In this document: piece by piece, positions 37,285 through 49,629 of the stretch | Layout: every line of letters starts with the position of its first letter | How positions within the stretch are numbered: position 1 is the first letter of the stretch | Source: Dicyema japonicum | Lineage: Eukaryota; Animalia; Dicyemida | DNA: 64,000 nt | Assembly (NCBI GenBank): GCA_011109175.1 | Contig: RDEW01000017.1 | Span: forward strand, 310,001 to 374,000 | Direction: 5' to 3' | Made by a program: the position numbers and the translations under genes | The notes under the pieces: generated by a model | What the model was told of the DNA's origin: nothing | Databases searched by the model: none | What the model saw: only the letters and a program-made list of their open reading frames with translations

Positions 37285-38018
37285 TGTCGCGAGCGCTGAG
37301 AGTGATCCATCACTGTCAATCATCGTCAAAAATAAAAATAATCTATTACATCAAAGTTAACTAAGGCCAATTATTAGCGATTAACAAGTGATAATTAACT
37401 ATTATTTCAAGTCGTCTTGAATTTTTTTAATCGTCGTGAATGAATTTTCTTAATAGACCCAGCACTATCTTCGACCTTGACAAAATTATTAGACAATTTC
37501 TCGACAATATTTACTGGATCCTCATACGGATGTTCATATTTTTTTAATCGAAGAGAAGGATTCGTCTCATAATCTTTTTGAATACGAACCTTTAAGTAAT
37601 TAAAAATAGAATACAATATCTCCCACATTTAACTCATATTTTTATCGATCCACTCCCATCTTCTTATTCATTCTTCTATAATATGAAGACTGCAAATTCA
37701 CCTTCTCAAAGTTAAACTGGTACTCATCATCTTTACTAATAAATAACAATAAAAACCTTTATTAAAATGTCGGAATTTTCTACAACTTCCAATTCTTCCA
37801 TATTAAAACTTTTTGGATTTTCCTGAAAATCAGATTCTACAACTGTATGGAATCCGAAATACCACGATACTCTTTGGAATCCAATTCTTCTACATTAAAA
37901 CTTTCAGGATTATCGTGAACATGATTCCTAATAATTGGCCTTAGTTAACTTTGATGTAATAGATTATTTTTATTCTTGACGATGATTGACAGTGATGGAT
38001 CACTCAGCGCTCGCGACA
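37285..38018 (-). mobile_element. Ginger-like DNA transposon derivative (TGT..ACA TIRs with Gypsy-type integrase C-terminus)
   Basis: 91-93-bp TIRs (37285-37377, 37928-38018) differing by one substitution and a 2-nt indel; internal VGDIVFY...YEDPVNIVEKLSNNFVKV...KKIHSRRLKK; no TSD found. Confidence 0.7.
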
Positions 38019-38639
38019 TATTATGTTTATATCCGTCACTGGTTCGGGTTGTTTGTAGCATATTTATTCTGTTATGAAAAATCCTCTGTGGATTTCGAAT
38101 TGTGGCAATTTGCTACATCTTGTTTGACGATAACTTCATATATCCTCAGCCTTTCACGTAATATCTGATGATATTCCAATGGATCAATGTTCTTCACCAG
38201 CAGGATATGCTTTCTTCTACTATTCGAAGCAATCGCCTCCCATATTACCGTGGAAGGAAAAATAACTATTTGTGTCACGAGATTTTTGGGTCTCCCGCAT
38301 AGTGGCGAACGTTTAAAAATACTATAATTTGGCATTCGTCCATAGAGACCGCATTTTCCCGATCACGGTGATTGCCAAGATTTTTTGTAAGACAAAGTTT
38401 TTTTGAAGTGATCCGTTTGCGTGAGAGCTTTGTAACATAAGACAAGAGATCTTGGATAGCAAATATTCCTTATCAATAAATTTCATAATCTTTATCGGCA
38501 ACAACATCAACCGATATATCCCTTCCAAGATTAATGTCAGTTTCTAGGCGAGATCTTTCTAAGGGTTTATCAAGATATCCCTTAAATTTTGATGCCTCAA
38601 GTAATCCTGAAATCTTGTTCATCGAATGGTTTTCTTTGA

Positions 38640-39090
38640 AGTGAGTAACAATTTGAAAAAGTGTGTCGGTGCAGGTGACGTCCCAGACAAAAGACTTCCT
38701 GAATTCAAAAGGGAAAATGGTCATCTCACTTGGTCGTTCCCCGCCACGCCTGTAAAGATCGACTCGTTCGATCATGGAGTGGTGTTCGGCGGCGTCCAAA
38801 GCTCGCCTAACGACTTTGTTCAAAGTCATGTGTTTGGGAAATCTGACTTTACTCTTCCTGCAGGAAAGAGGATGTAGGCGAAAACAGTCGATCTGGTCCC
38901 TCATCCAGCTGATAGGATGGAATGGCTATTTCCCCTGACAACTGTCAGAGAAATCCCTTGGAACAGGCATTCGGTTTCCCGACGCTCATTAATAACTTCC
39001 GAAATCATTGACCCAAGCAATCTTAGAAAAGAGACCGCCTTAGATCGAAGACTCCACTCTTCTGACAACAACAAGCTGTACATGGAATCT
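38640..39090 (-). mobile_element. Two adjacent CRE-clade fragments
   Basis: HPLSCRKSKVRFPKH...GERPSEMTIFPF...VWDVTCTDT, and QGISLTVVRGNSHSIL*. Confidence 0.8.
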
Positions 39091-39469
39091 TGCGGAGAGG
39101 CTGTCGTATCTTTTTATCTTGAAATTCTGAAAGTCCGAAAAAATTATAAATTAATTAGAAGTAATTTAATTAAATGTTTAGAAAATATCGTTATAACACA
39201 AAAATCAAAAAATAAAACTATTCTTTCCACAGGGGACAATGTCGTTACCTGGACAAAAGTTCTAGAAAGCTGAAACGAGTCAGGATCAAGGAGTTAGTTA
39301 GTTTTGTTACCCTTGGTCCTTGGAATAATTTAAATTTAATTTAATGAATATAATTTTTCTTTTTTTAAATGAACATAAAATGAGTATAAATAAAATTAAA
39401 AATTTTAAAATTTGTTCTACCGAGTATCGATTATCAAAACTGAATAAAGAAATCACGCGATAACAATTT

Positions 39470-41430
39470 TCTCTACATATAGAAGATCATTATACCCTCC
39501 CAAAATCAAATTGTTTGGATATGAAATTCCTATGAATAAGTCTCCAACAATACTAGGATTAAAGTTGGATACTCTCCTGACATGTTAATGACGTTATTAC
39601 CAAAGTCAGGAGGAGGACCAACATATTGAAAATTTTGTCCCGATCACCAATCGGGCACAACACCTTCTTACTACAGAAAATTTACAGACAATACATACTG
39701 CCAGTAATCGAATATGCTCGTCCCTCCTGGAGCTCGATGATTTCTGAATCGTCGTCTCAAAAATTAGAAGCCGCACAACTTGCTGCCTTGAAAATAATAA
39801 ATAAGAAAACTGTGGATAACGTATTGAATGTTAAAGACACCTAAGGTGGAGAGTGAAGTCATTTCTACAGTGGGCAATATATCTAGAAAATGCGGGAAAT
39901 CTATGGAGAATAAGACCGTCCCCGTTTCTACCAATTCTGTTGGATTTCGAGGACCCCGAACGAGAGCCAGAACCCGGAAAACCGGGATCATTTAGTTAGT
40001 AGTTAACTTTTAACTTTTTCTAATCAGGTGATCTTGGGGTAAAAAAAAAATCACGCGAACATCAAACACAACAAAGAACGTTGGGAAGCCTTGCTCAGAA
40101 AGCTACGAATAATAGTTCCTCCACTGTATTATGGAAATCGATAAGAAGGCTCAAGAAGTGCTCTCCGCATTTAATTGGACATCGAGAGCCATGTCCAAAT
40201 CCCAATGACATTAAGAAGTATCATGTAAATATTAGTCATAAGCCATATTTAAAAGACCTGGATGTTCGTTCAGGCCATGGTCGAAGGAATAACTGTCCTT
40301 TTTCTACACGGATTCCGCGAAGGACACTCAACAACAACTTATCTAACAAAACTGGTTCAATTCATTTCGGACAGCCTGAATACCATAAATCCACACAAGA
40401 GAACCGTGCTCGTCTCAGTGGATGTAGAGAAAACTTTTGACTCATTATCCCGGAAGATCCTTACAGCAAAAATTTTTAAGACGTCAATCCACCCTAAATT
40501 CAAGTCATGGTTGGCTATCTTCATCAGCGGTCAAATGGGCCAAGTTGGTGGCAAACAACCAAAAATCAAATCCGCGATACTTTCCAATCGGAGTTCTGAA
40601 AGAATCACCGTTATTACCATTTCTCTTCAACATGTTCCTCAGTGATCTCCCATCCCTAACCACCAAAAATACAATTCTTTTATCTATGCGGATGATCTAG
40701 TGGTCGCAGTGAAACATCGAAGAATCGAGGAGGTGATACGGTCCGTGCAAGATCTACTAAACCTGATGGGTCTTTCCTGAAGAACCGTCTGAATATATCA
40801 CCAGGAAAGTCACATGTAATGACGCTTGCTTCAGCACTAAAAGAATTACGTGCAACACCACGAATAAAAATATATGACTCCCCTCTTCCCATTAAGAAGG
40901 CCCTTTCAATCTTGGAGTTATCCTGGATCCCTTACTCACATTCAATCATCAAGTGGACCTAATAACCGCGAGGTTCAACAGAAAATTGGAATTCTCAAGG
41001 CTTTCACTCACTCTCCAATATCTTCCCACCCATCGTTAGAACTTCTATACAAACAATTTGTTGTACCGAGTATCGAGTACGCCTGTGCTGCATAACAGCA
41101 CGGAAACAATCGTCAATTTTGAACATTTGTGCATTCAATGCTTTTTTATTATAAACATCGGATTTCCGATTCTTTTCAGTCCATTAAAAAGGGTGACATG
41201 AATGTGTATCAGAGCATTGCCAGAGCACGTGGTCTCAATCAAGGACACTACAAAGGTTCTTCACCTCGCTGTTAAGGCAACTTCTTTCAAGGCACTTGAG
41301 GCGAACGGAGCCCTAATGGCACTTTCAAAGATTCCACAACTAGCACGTGCTTACAGAAATGCGTCGATTCTTAGGAGGAACACCAGCAAAAGTGAATTGG
41401 CTTCTTAAGGAGGCCGGGATCACCTGACTT
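39470..41430 (+). mobile_element. I/Jockey-group LINE ORF2 fragments (RT, thumb, two 3' ends)
   Basis: HGFREGHSTTT...VSVDVEKTFDS, P.LFNMFLSDLP, YADD, YRQYILPVIEYA; ends KTGII* (39985) and WLLKEAGIT* (41420). Confidence 0.85.
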
Positions 41431-41794
41431 CTGGATACCCGAGTCGAACACTAACAGACCTAACAAAAGAACAAAAGATTTCAAAAAACTTTATTGAGAT
41501 CAACTAGAAAAGCAACTGGGTTTCGCGGACCTCATGGATTATGAGAGTGGTCAGACTCCTCAGGCTCTTGAGGAAAGGCAAAAACTTCCTACTTACTCAA
41601 TTTGATCTCTAATGGAATACCGAGGGAAGATGAGAAGATCACTGAGAGAGGACAAGGTCACTTAATAGCCGCGAGTTTCTCGTAAGATCTGAGATTTAAG
41701 CGATTTATCATCCAAAAATTAAAATTAGACGAAATTCAGATTATTTATATCATTCACTTTTCTCAGTTTCTTCTATTTCCTCGTTCTTCTAGCG

Positions 41795-43212
41795 CAGTGT
41801 TTCTCAAACTGGGTCCGCGGTCCAAAAAGGACCGCGGAACAATCTTTAGTAATTTATATTAGTCTACTTTTATATTATATTTTTTTAAATTATTTTGAAT
41901 TAAATTTTAAAAAGAACGTGCTCAATTTTATCCTTGTAGGAATGTCCTGTTCAAATAATTCAATGAATAAATTACAGTAAACTCTCTTAAATGTGCCAGT
42001 TCTCAAATTTGCCATTTTTTAAAGAAATATTCTAATTTTAGTGGAAATTTGCCATAATTTTTTAAAATTTAAAAAAAAAATTACTGAAAATTAAAACAAT
42101 AATACTTTATTCGAGTAGCATGCCTCGTTGAGATTCTAGTGGTCGATATACAAGACTCGCTATTCAACAAAAAGTACAAATATTTCGTTATAAGGACGAC
42201 TACAACTTATTATGATACTGTTAGTAGAAGAATAAATGATCTCGCCGAGAATATTTAGATTCTTGTTTTGTGAAACTCTCAGTACTAATACTACCGCCAG
42301 GGATATATTTGATAAACTTGACAGATTTTTTGAAGTGCATGGCATCAATTGAAATAATTTAATTGGTGTGCACAGACGGTGATGCATCAGTAATGTTTGG
42401 TTGCCGTTCCGGATTTCAAACTTTAGTTAAGGAAAAATCCCCAAATGCTATTGGTATACATTGCATGATCCACCTGCATTGATAATGAAAACCATGCCTG
42501 ACGATTTGAAAAAATGTCATGAATGTGAAAATTAAAACGATAAACTATATTAAAGCCAAAGCACTCAATTCTCGTCTATTTGCTGAGTTATGCAAAGAAA
42601 ATGACTCTGAATTTGAGACTCTTTTGTGAGATGGCTTTCAAAAGGAAAAGTATCGAAGAGAGCATTTATACTACGAAAAGAAATACATCAATTTCTTAAA
42701 GATGTCAAACTATTTTCCTGATATTTCTGAATTTGATAAGTCTTCTCAGCAACCCATTTGCAATTTCGGTTAAGGATCTCCCTTCTGAAAACCATATAAT
42801 TCATATAATCGAATTGTTTAATGATGGATATACAAAACACGTTTTCAGCGAAGTTTCCCAAAGCGATTTTTGGATTCAAAGGCTGATTCCTATTCAGAAT
42901 TGCCAAAAATGGCACTTAAAGTGCTTATTCCATTTGCAACTATATATGAGTGTGAGACAGCGTTTTCAGCACTACTTACCATCAAATCAAAATTCCGCAA
43001 TAAATTGGATGTGTCAAATGACATGAGGGTTGCATTGTCCAAAACACAACCCGACAGAAAAAATGGTGATGGCCAAACAAGTGCATCAATCTCATTAATT
43101 ATCATTCTTTAATTTTGCACTAATTTTTGTTTTTGTTAAAATGTTAATTCACTAATTCAATGAAGGACCAATTAAAAAAATACGTCTTTTTTTTAAAGTT
43201 TGAGAACCACTG
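41795..43212 (+). mobile_element. hAT Buster/Charlie-type transposon, degenerate transposase, inserted into a family A copy
   Basis: TIR CAGTGTTTCTCAAACT / AGTTTGAGAACCACTG; perfect 8-bp TSD TTCTAGCG (41787-94, 43213-20); TDG.ASVMFG, HCMIH, ALNSRLFAELC, PFATIYECETAFS. Confidence 0.93.
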
Positions 43213-43390
43213 TTCTAGCGTCATGTGATCCACCTGTCTCAGGCGGCGTTCAACGGCGGGATGTGACGAAACAAAAATCATTTCCTCCCCCACTCAAACG
43301 AAGGGGTTCCTATATCTGCAATAATCTGACGTGGAAGGATTCTGATTTTTCATTGTGGGAATTTGATACGTTTAATTATTTGTTAACTAT
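43213..43390 (+). repeat. Family A repeat, 3' part (split by the hAT insertion)
   Basis: GCGTCATGTGATCCACCTGTCTCAGGCGGCG...GACGAAACAAAAATCAT. Confidence 0.75.
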
Positions 43391-43610
43391 TAACTTCTCT
43401 CGGGAGGAACCTAAGGAAGAACGTCTTTCTGTTCCAACCAAATACATCCTCCGATAGTCCATTACAGGCTTCTGCTTCAGAAAAGAGGTGGAGAAGTAGA
43501 TCCACCCTCTCCATTTTCTTCAAACGTCCTATCGTTGCGGACATCACTTCATTCTTTGGTAGAAAAGTTTTCATAATGAATCTTCACCAGTGGATTTAGG
43601 TAGGGAAACA
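43390..43610 (-). mobile_element. Family B LINE 3' fragment
   Basis: KNEVMSATIGRLKKMERVDLLLHLFSEAEACNGLSED. Confidence 0.75.
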
Positions 43611-44059
43611 TGACAGCCTCCTAACCACTAAGTTCATAAACCAATGATTTCAAGGCCAATGTTTTGAAAGAGCTATTGTGACATTCTGGGGTCACTCTTC
43701 TGTTTTCTGAGATTCGACAGATTGTTTGGACATAGTTACAATCATATATAAAATTTTAATGTCATAAAATTGAACGATGTTTCCAAACGAATAATCGGAC
43801 GCCAGGACCTGAATGGTTACAGTCCCGCTATGGATGCTTTCAAGAAACGAAAGTCACGTGTGGACTATATGAGTTTTACAGTGATTACCGAATCATCCTC
43901 CTCCATTAGAATCTCACCACTGTTGGAATTCAGTCTACAAATGTCATCATGTGAACGACCGGATGATCGTCTCGTATGTGACACACGTGGGAACTTAATT
44001 GGACATTTTGTTCCTATGAGAGTGCTAATAATAATATCGGTTAATTAATCGGAGGTTGA

Positions 44060-44500
44060 GTTGACGACGTACCTCTATTGCACTAGATGTATTCTTTGTT
44101 CCTGGTGGATGAAAACCGGTGTATTCCTTTTCTTGAGGTGATGGGACTTGGTGAACATAAAAAACCCGAAATTATGGGCAAAGAAAGTCTCAGATACACG
44201 AAAGATCTTGTTTCGAATCTTTTCTGGGATGAGATTGAAAAAAATGAGGAAATCTTTGGTATAGGATAACAGTGTTAACAAGGGGTTAGTTGAGGGAGAC
44301 CGTATTAATATAAGTCCTACCTTGTGGTTTGACTCTTCACCAGAATCCATCTTTATCATTGGCTCTATCAGGTCGCTTTGTTCGGCTCTGATTCATCTCT
44401 ATTTTAGCGCAAGCTTGATAGCTGTTTTCTTGTTTTTTCTAACTATTTTTAGGGGAGTAGTACCAGCTCTCAAATCCATAATGACTCGCTTTTTTGCGCG
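44060..44500 (-). mobile_element. RTE-type APE endonuclease remnant
   Basis: SGEESNHKVGLILIRSPS... resembles the RTE APE N-terminus. Confidence 0.45.
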
Positions 44501-44948
44501 AGTCCCTTGCAGATGATCCGGTTCCATAGTGAAGCATTCATTAATGACGCCATCACTCGTCATAGCGTAGATGCGTTATTGAGTATTATTTTGGATATTT
44601 ATTGAAATTACTGGATATCACTCTGCCTCTTTTAAAGTAACTGATTTTCCCTCTTCATGTTAGAATTGATTCTAAAGATGTCCCCCCAGTGATCAAGGCC
44701 AGTTTTTCAAATTGATTGGGAACAAAATTTTTTCATCCAACATTTAACTCGCCAGGAAACTTGACAAAACAAATAATTAAAACGGCTAACTAAGATATGC
44801 CCTTTAAATCAAGTTAACGGTACACCTCGCACCCCATTGGTCCACTCCTCAGGATTTCTTCATAGTCCAAGGGCCCAATCTATAATCTTTTTTTTTAAAA
44901 AACAATTATTTCCCTTTTTATCTTAAAATGTTAATTCTAATTAAATTG

Positions 44949-45520
44949 TTACACATCCAATTCGTTTTCTCTTCGAGCAACTATGGGAGTAAACCCAATG
45001 TCACAGTCCTTTTCATTTTCCTCAATATATATTTTCATAACTTCGCTCACACTCTTCTCTTGAATTTCTTCATAATCAGACTGAGAGTAAACATCCTTTA
45101 TCATTAAGTTTATCATAACGTCGCGAAACGTCGACTTGGTTCTTATATGACACAATCATTACTCTCCAAAGTCAAAGTCTTCTTGATTACCAGCGATTGA
45201 ACATACGTTCTTTCACTATATTCAAAGATCTGGCATACTTCCACGAATGTGAAGTCACTAGGTCATCACAAGTGAGTACAATCGGGACAATCTTGAACTC
45301 TGCGTGGTGTGTCAACTCCAACTCTTTTGAAAGAAGGTCATACTTCCTCAGCTTTTCGCATTCCACCTGCTGTAGATTTTGGGAAGATTTTATTCCCACT
45401 TCGACCAAGATAATTTTATTTCTCCTTTTATCAAAAAACGAACAGGTCTGGCTTGTTATACTCAATAATTATGTCCGTTTTGATAAAGGATCAACTCTAA
45501 TTCAACTGAATCATTCATTT
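44949..45520 (-). mobile_element. R4-like REL LINE 3' portion
   Basis: FFDKRRNKIILVEVGIKSSQNLQQVECEKLRKYDLLSKEL...IVPIVLTCD. Confidence 0.8.
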
Positions 45521-45559
45521 TTTATATCAAATTAGTTATTAATTTAAACAATAGAAGTC

Positions 45560-45790
45560 AGGTAGTTGCCGCCCTCACTGCGTGGCTGTTCCCTCTCAAA
45601 ATTGCGAGCGAAATTCGCTCAAATAGCCAGCGGCGTTCACGGAGATCTCCAGTGCATGAGGTGATCCGGTTTCCAAGACGTCCGAAAAACTCAAATGTAG
45701 AGGGGGAGTAGGATCCAGAAGTCTCCATAGCAAGGGGAACAAATTTGACATCATCGGGAAGGTCGGCGTATTTAACGAATCATTCATTAC
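45560..45790 (-). mobile_element. CRE-clade 3' fragment
   Basis: Terminal RGNSHAVRAAT motif. Confidence 0.6.
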
Positions 45791-46149
45791 AGTGGATTAC
45801 ACTGAATGAGTCTTCAGTTTCTTCGCCTTTTTTAAACCAAATTATCTGCAAAAGTCGTTATAATCTTTAATAAATCGATTAAAATTTTTCATTCCAAAAA
45901 ATGTTAATTTATTTTTCTTTTGCCTCAGGATCACTGATTTAAAGAGAAAATGAATATCTTCAGCTAACTAAATGATCCCAGACCTACATGGGGGAGGCCG
46001 ACGCCAACGAGGGCGGACATAGCGCAAAGAATAATTCTTTCTCTAAATTGCGGTTTTAATTTCAACATTTGAGGTTTTTAAGAATTTAAATTTTAATCAG
46101 TAAATTTCACAGAAATCATAATTTAAACTAATTTTAATTAAGTTTATTT

Positions 46150-47041
46150 CATGAAACGCCCTGAACACCTTTTTAGGGAATACTCAGCACACGAAAGGAA
46201 CATGAATTGTATCCACGTTAAGTTCGCTTGTTAGTGAGTATTTAAAAATACAAAAACAATTTACTGTTAAAAAATCGATAGATTGGGAAAATAAACAAAG
46301 ACTGTTGACAAGACATTTTTAGAAGAAGCGAACAGTCTTATCGTTTAAGGTAGCAAATGGTGATTTGCTATGAAAAATCTTTCTGGGGGAATCTTTTTGG
46401 ATTAGTAGCATCACTAAAGTTGTAGTCGGAAACAGAAACAAAGATTTTAGTGACAAATCATGCTAAACCTACAAGAGACAGTGGCCATTCCCTGACGATG
46501 TGAAAACTAATTCCGTTCACAAATGTCTTTGAGTCGTAGTCGTACTGTAATTGCTAATCTCCCAACTGCTCCATAAGTTTCCAAGGAGACTGGGACGGTG
46601 AAAAAAAGAGTCAAAGGCCAAGTATTTCTTCAGTTTCCAACTCCAGAATTTGACTTATTCTCAGAATTCAATCATTTATTAGAAAACAAGAACATTTATT
46701 CTAACTATTGATCCGTAGATGGTAGTAATAGAGATCAACTGGAAAAACCACTGAGTGGGCCAAATGTCCTAGACTCTTCCACTTGAGATAGCCCATCACA
46801 TAATTTAAGCAAATATGACAGATCAGTTAAATTTAGTATGAAATTAGTTGAAATGCGGTTTGAAAGTAAATGGTTTTAATCAATCAAAATATTGGATCAA
46901 ATTTAAGTCGTTTATTTGGAAATAATAATAGATTCCAGTGAAGATAACAGAAATAATCATTGCTTATCTACCTAAGCTAATTTGTGTTTTATGATAAAAA
47001 TCGAAAAATAATATTACGACAAATATATCCAAAAATCCCAT
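46150..47041 (-). pseudogene. Degenerate gene for a secreted or type II membrane protein, unidentified
   Basis: Hydrophobic N-terminus (MGFLDIFVVILFFDFY) and protein-like fragments in shifting frames (SFFHRPSLLGNLWSSW, YDYDSKTFVNGISFHIVREWP); many stops. Confidence 0.25.
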
Positions 47042-47454
47042 TTTAATTCCGTTATTTATTTTTATGGCCAATATTTATTTGATTTGTTCAACGCAAACTT
47101 GAAATGAGCCCCCGTCGAAGCCCTAGCGCAGTTCATCTCACGTGGACGTCTTCCAGTAGCGTGAGCCAGAGATCCCGTGAGGAACACTGAGAAAAAATGA
47201 GGTGGCTGCTGAGAGTGGCCGAGATAGCGTAATGGCCGTGTTCTTAATTTAATTGTAATTTTTGGTTTTTAAATAAATAAATAAAAAAAGCTCAGAAATA
47301 GCTATTTAATCAGGTTTAATAAAAATAATTTTGCTATAACGAGATAAAGCGGTTAATATAAATAGATACCGCTCCCATTTATTTTAATCGCTTATGCAAC
47401 CATTTAACAATTTTTCGAATAATTTTAATTTTATCAACTTTCCAAACAATCAGA

Positions 47455-48800
47455 ATGACTCCGACAAATCAGGTATTTTGAACTGATTTTTTACTCACTC
47501 ATTTAATTTTATTTAAAATACCATTTAAACTAGCATCAGTGAAGTTCAAACCCCCAATATCTTATTCAGTCCCTCGACCATCACTTCGAGACTTTATGGT
47601 TTGAAGATTTTGTTTAAATTCAAGATTTCCCCTATTTTGAATCCTAGTTCATTCTTTATGCAGAAAAAATCAGGTACGAATATATCCATAATTAATTTGG
47701 AAAAATATTATTGCTAATTTTTTTAATTTTTATTCTTTTTTGCAATTTCATTAACGGCTGATATTTAAAATAAATTTTAATGAGACTAGGGACTTTCCTT
47801 TATTTGAACAAGCAGATCACGGATAGCAGATATTTTCCATTTCAAAGTAGCAACATTTAAATTAAATTTAAAAGATATTTCCTTGTATTCGCCTGAGCAA
47901 ATTCAGTACATTGTCGACTGCTACAATAACTCCCAACTTGCAAACTTCCAAAATTATTGGTCCTACAATCCAGGCATTTAAAATTATTAATTTAAAGTGA
48001 TTTTTAATGGGCAGATAAACAGCAGTAAATCAAGTTTTATGATGAATAATATTCTATCTTCTCACGTGCCTAATTCGGATGTGTTGGGGACCAATTCTGA
48101 ATGTGAAGTCAAAGTAGCTAATCCTCCATTAAATCAAAATACTTGGAATGAAAAAATTTCATCAGAAACCACAAACATAATCGAATCCATAGAAACAAAT
48201 CAAATAGAAGATAAAAGTCCGATAGGAGAAATTCCACACCCTGATGAAGCAAGTGTCCTCGAGTTTGTTGAAGCAACCTCTGAATCCAGCAAAAAAATTG
48301 GTTTTAAATTTCGTGAATGTTAGATGCTCTTGAAAACTGGACTTGGGTCGGACCTGGATATGTCACAAAAGGGGTACGGGGGCGGGGAAAGAGAACAGTC
48401 TACAAAAAAGTAAAAAAGAATCACAAGATCTATCAGGTAAAATTTGAAATATCAACTTAGGTGGGGTCCTACGTAAAATTATATCAACCATGCAGAAAAA
48501 ACGTGAACTACGTATATTGCCAAATAAAGTCCTTATATGAAACAGTTCTCAACAATAAGCGAATGAGCGTACAGCTTTTGACAAGATCAACTGATTCTTC
48601 AAAAGAGGTGGAGACATTTGTTTATGGTTTAGAATGTCTTAATAAGAAAGAAAGGAGGCATAAAAACTTGCATAATTCTCTCCAATATTGTGGACACTAT
48701 TGACGTCATGAATTATGAAGAATTCGAAAAGGTCAGAAAATCGGAGGACATTGTTAAGAAACTAAGAAGCTTCCACATAGAAGGGGAATATATTGAGTAA
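47455..48800 (+). CDS. BAH-domain chromatin protein (BAHCC1/TNRC18-like C-terminal BAH); start uncertain (47455 or 47780)
   Basis: WTWVGPGYVTKGVRGRGKRTVYKKV...VGSYVKL...YVYCQIKSLYE...IDVMNYEEF; introns of 28, 24 (GC-AG), 23, 24 and 25 nt give an open frame from 47780. Confidence 0.75.
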
Positions 48801-48884
48801 TTTATATATTGAATAATATGAACTTTTCACTTTTCTATAATAAAATTTCTAATTTTATTTAAAAAAAAACGTGGTAATTTATTT

Positions 48885-49090
48885 ATTAACCCCAGGCTTA
48901 CTATCTTTGGTAAGCCCAGTACAAACAGTCACAACTAATTAATCCAAGGAAGAACGTCTGCTTGTGGAGACCAAATCCACCCTCCAATGGTTCATTACGG
49001 ATTCCGCTTCAGAAGAGAAGCAGGTATGCCGTCTTCCATTTTCATCACACTCCAACCGTCGCGGACATCACTTTATTCTTAGTTCCCATT
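48885..49090 (-). mobile_element. Family B LINE 3' end
   Basis: GGCTTAC/GTAAGCC hairpin followed by CCTGGGGTTAATAAAT. Confidence 0.8.
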
Positions 49091-49629
49091 ATATTGACAA
49101 TTATATTGGGGATACTCTATTATTGCACAGTGAACTTAAATATTAATGTTAGCAAGAACAAACAAATTATTGATAAACTTTTGAGTTGATAAGAAAATGG
49201 CCAAAAGTGATAAAATTGCCAAATATCTGTTAATATTTGATTTAATAAATGGTTTAATGAAAGAATCTAGGAACCTCATATATATATGGTTGAGAGTGGC
49301 AGATAATGGGGGATAGGTTAATTACTCCATTTTTTGTGACATTAATCATCCAATAACTTTGAATATATCGGAAAGAGGTTAAGAGTTAATTAACGTCTAA
49401 TTAGGCTGTACCCTGCTCCCACGGTAAAAGACGCGTTCTTTCAAAGTATCACATCCATCAAAAGTTGCACGAACCCCTCGAATGGAGTAGGGGGTGAACT
49501 TGATGAGCAATTTATGAGAAAGTAAGACAGATTGATAAACCGACAAGGATTCCACACTTAGACAGTTTATTGATGATTTTGGGAACTTATTGTGTTTAGT
49601 GAGTGTTAACTGTCAAATATCTTTATTTA

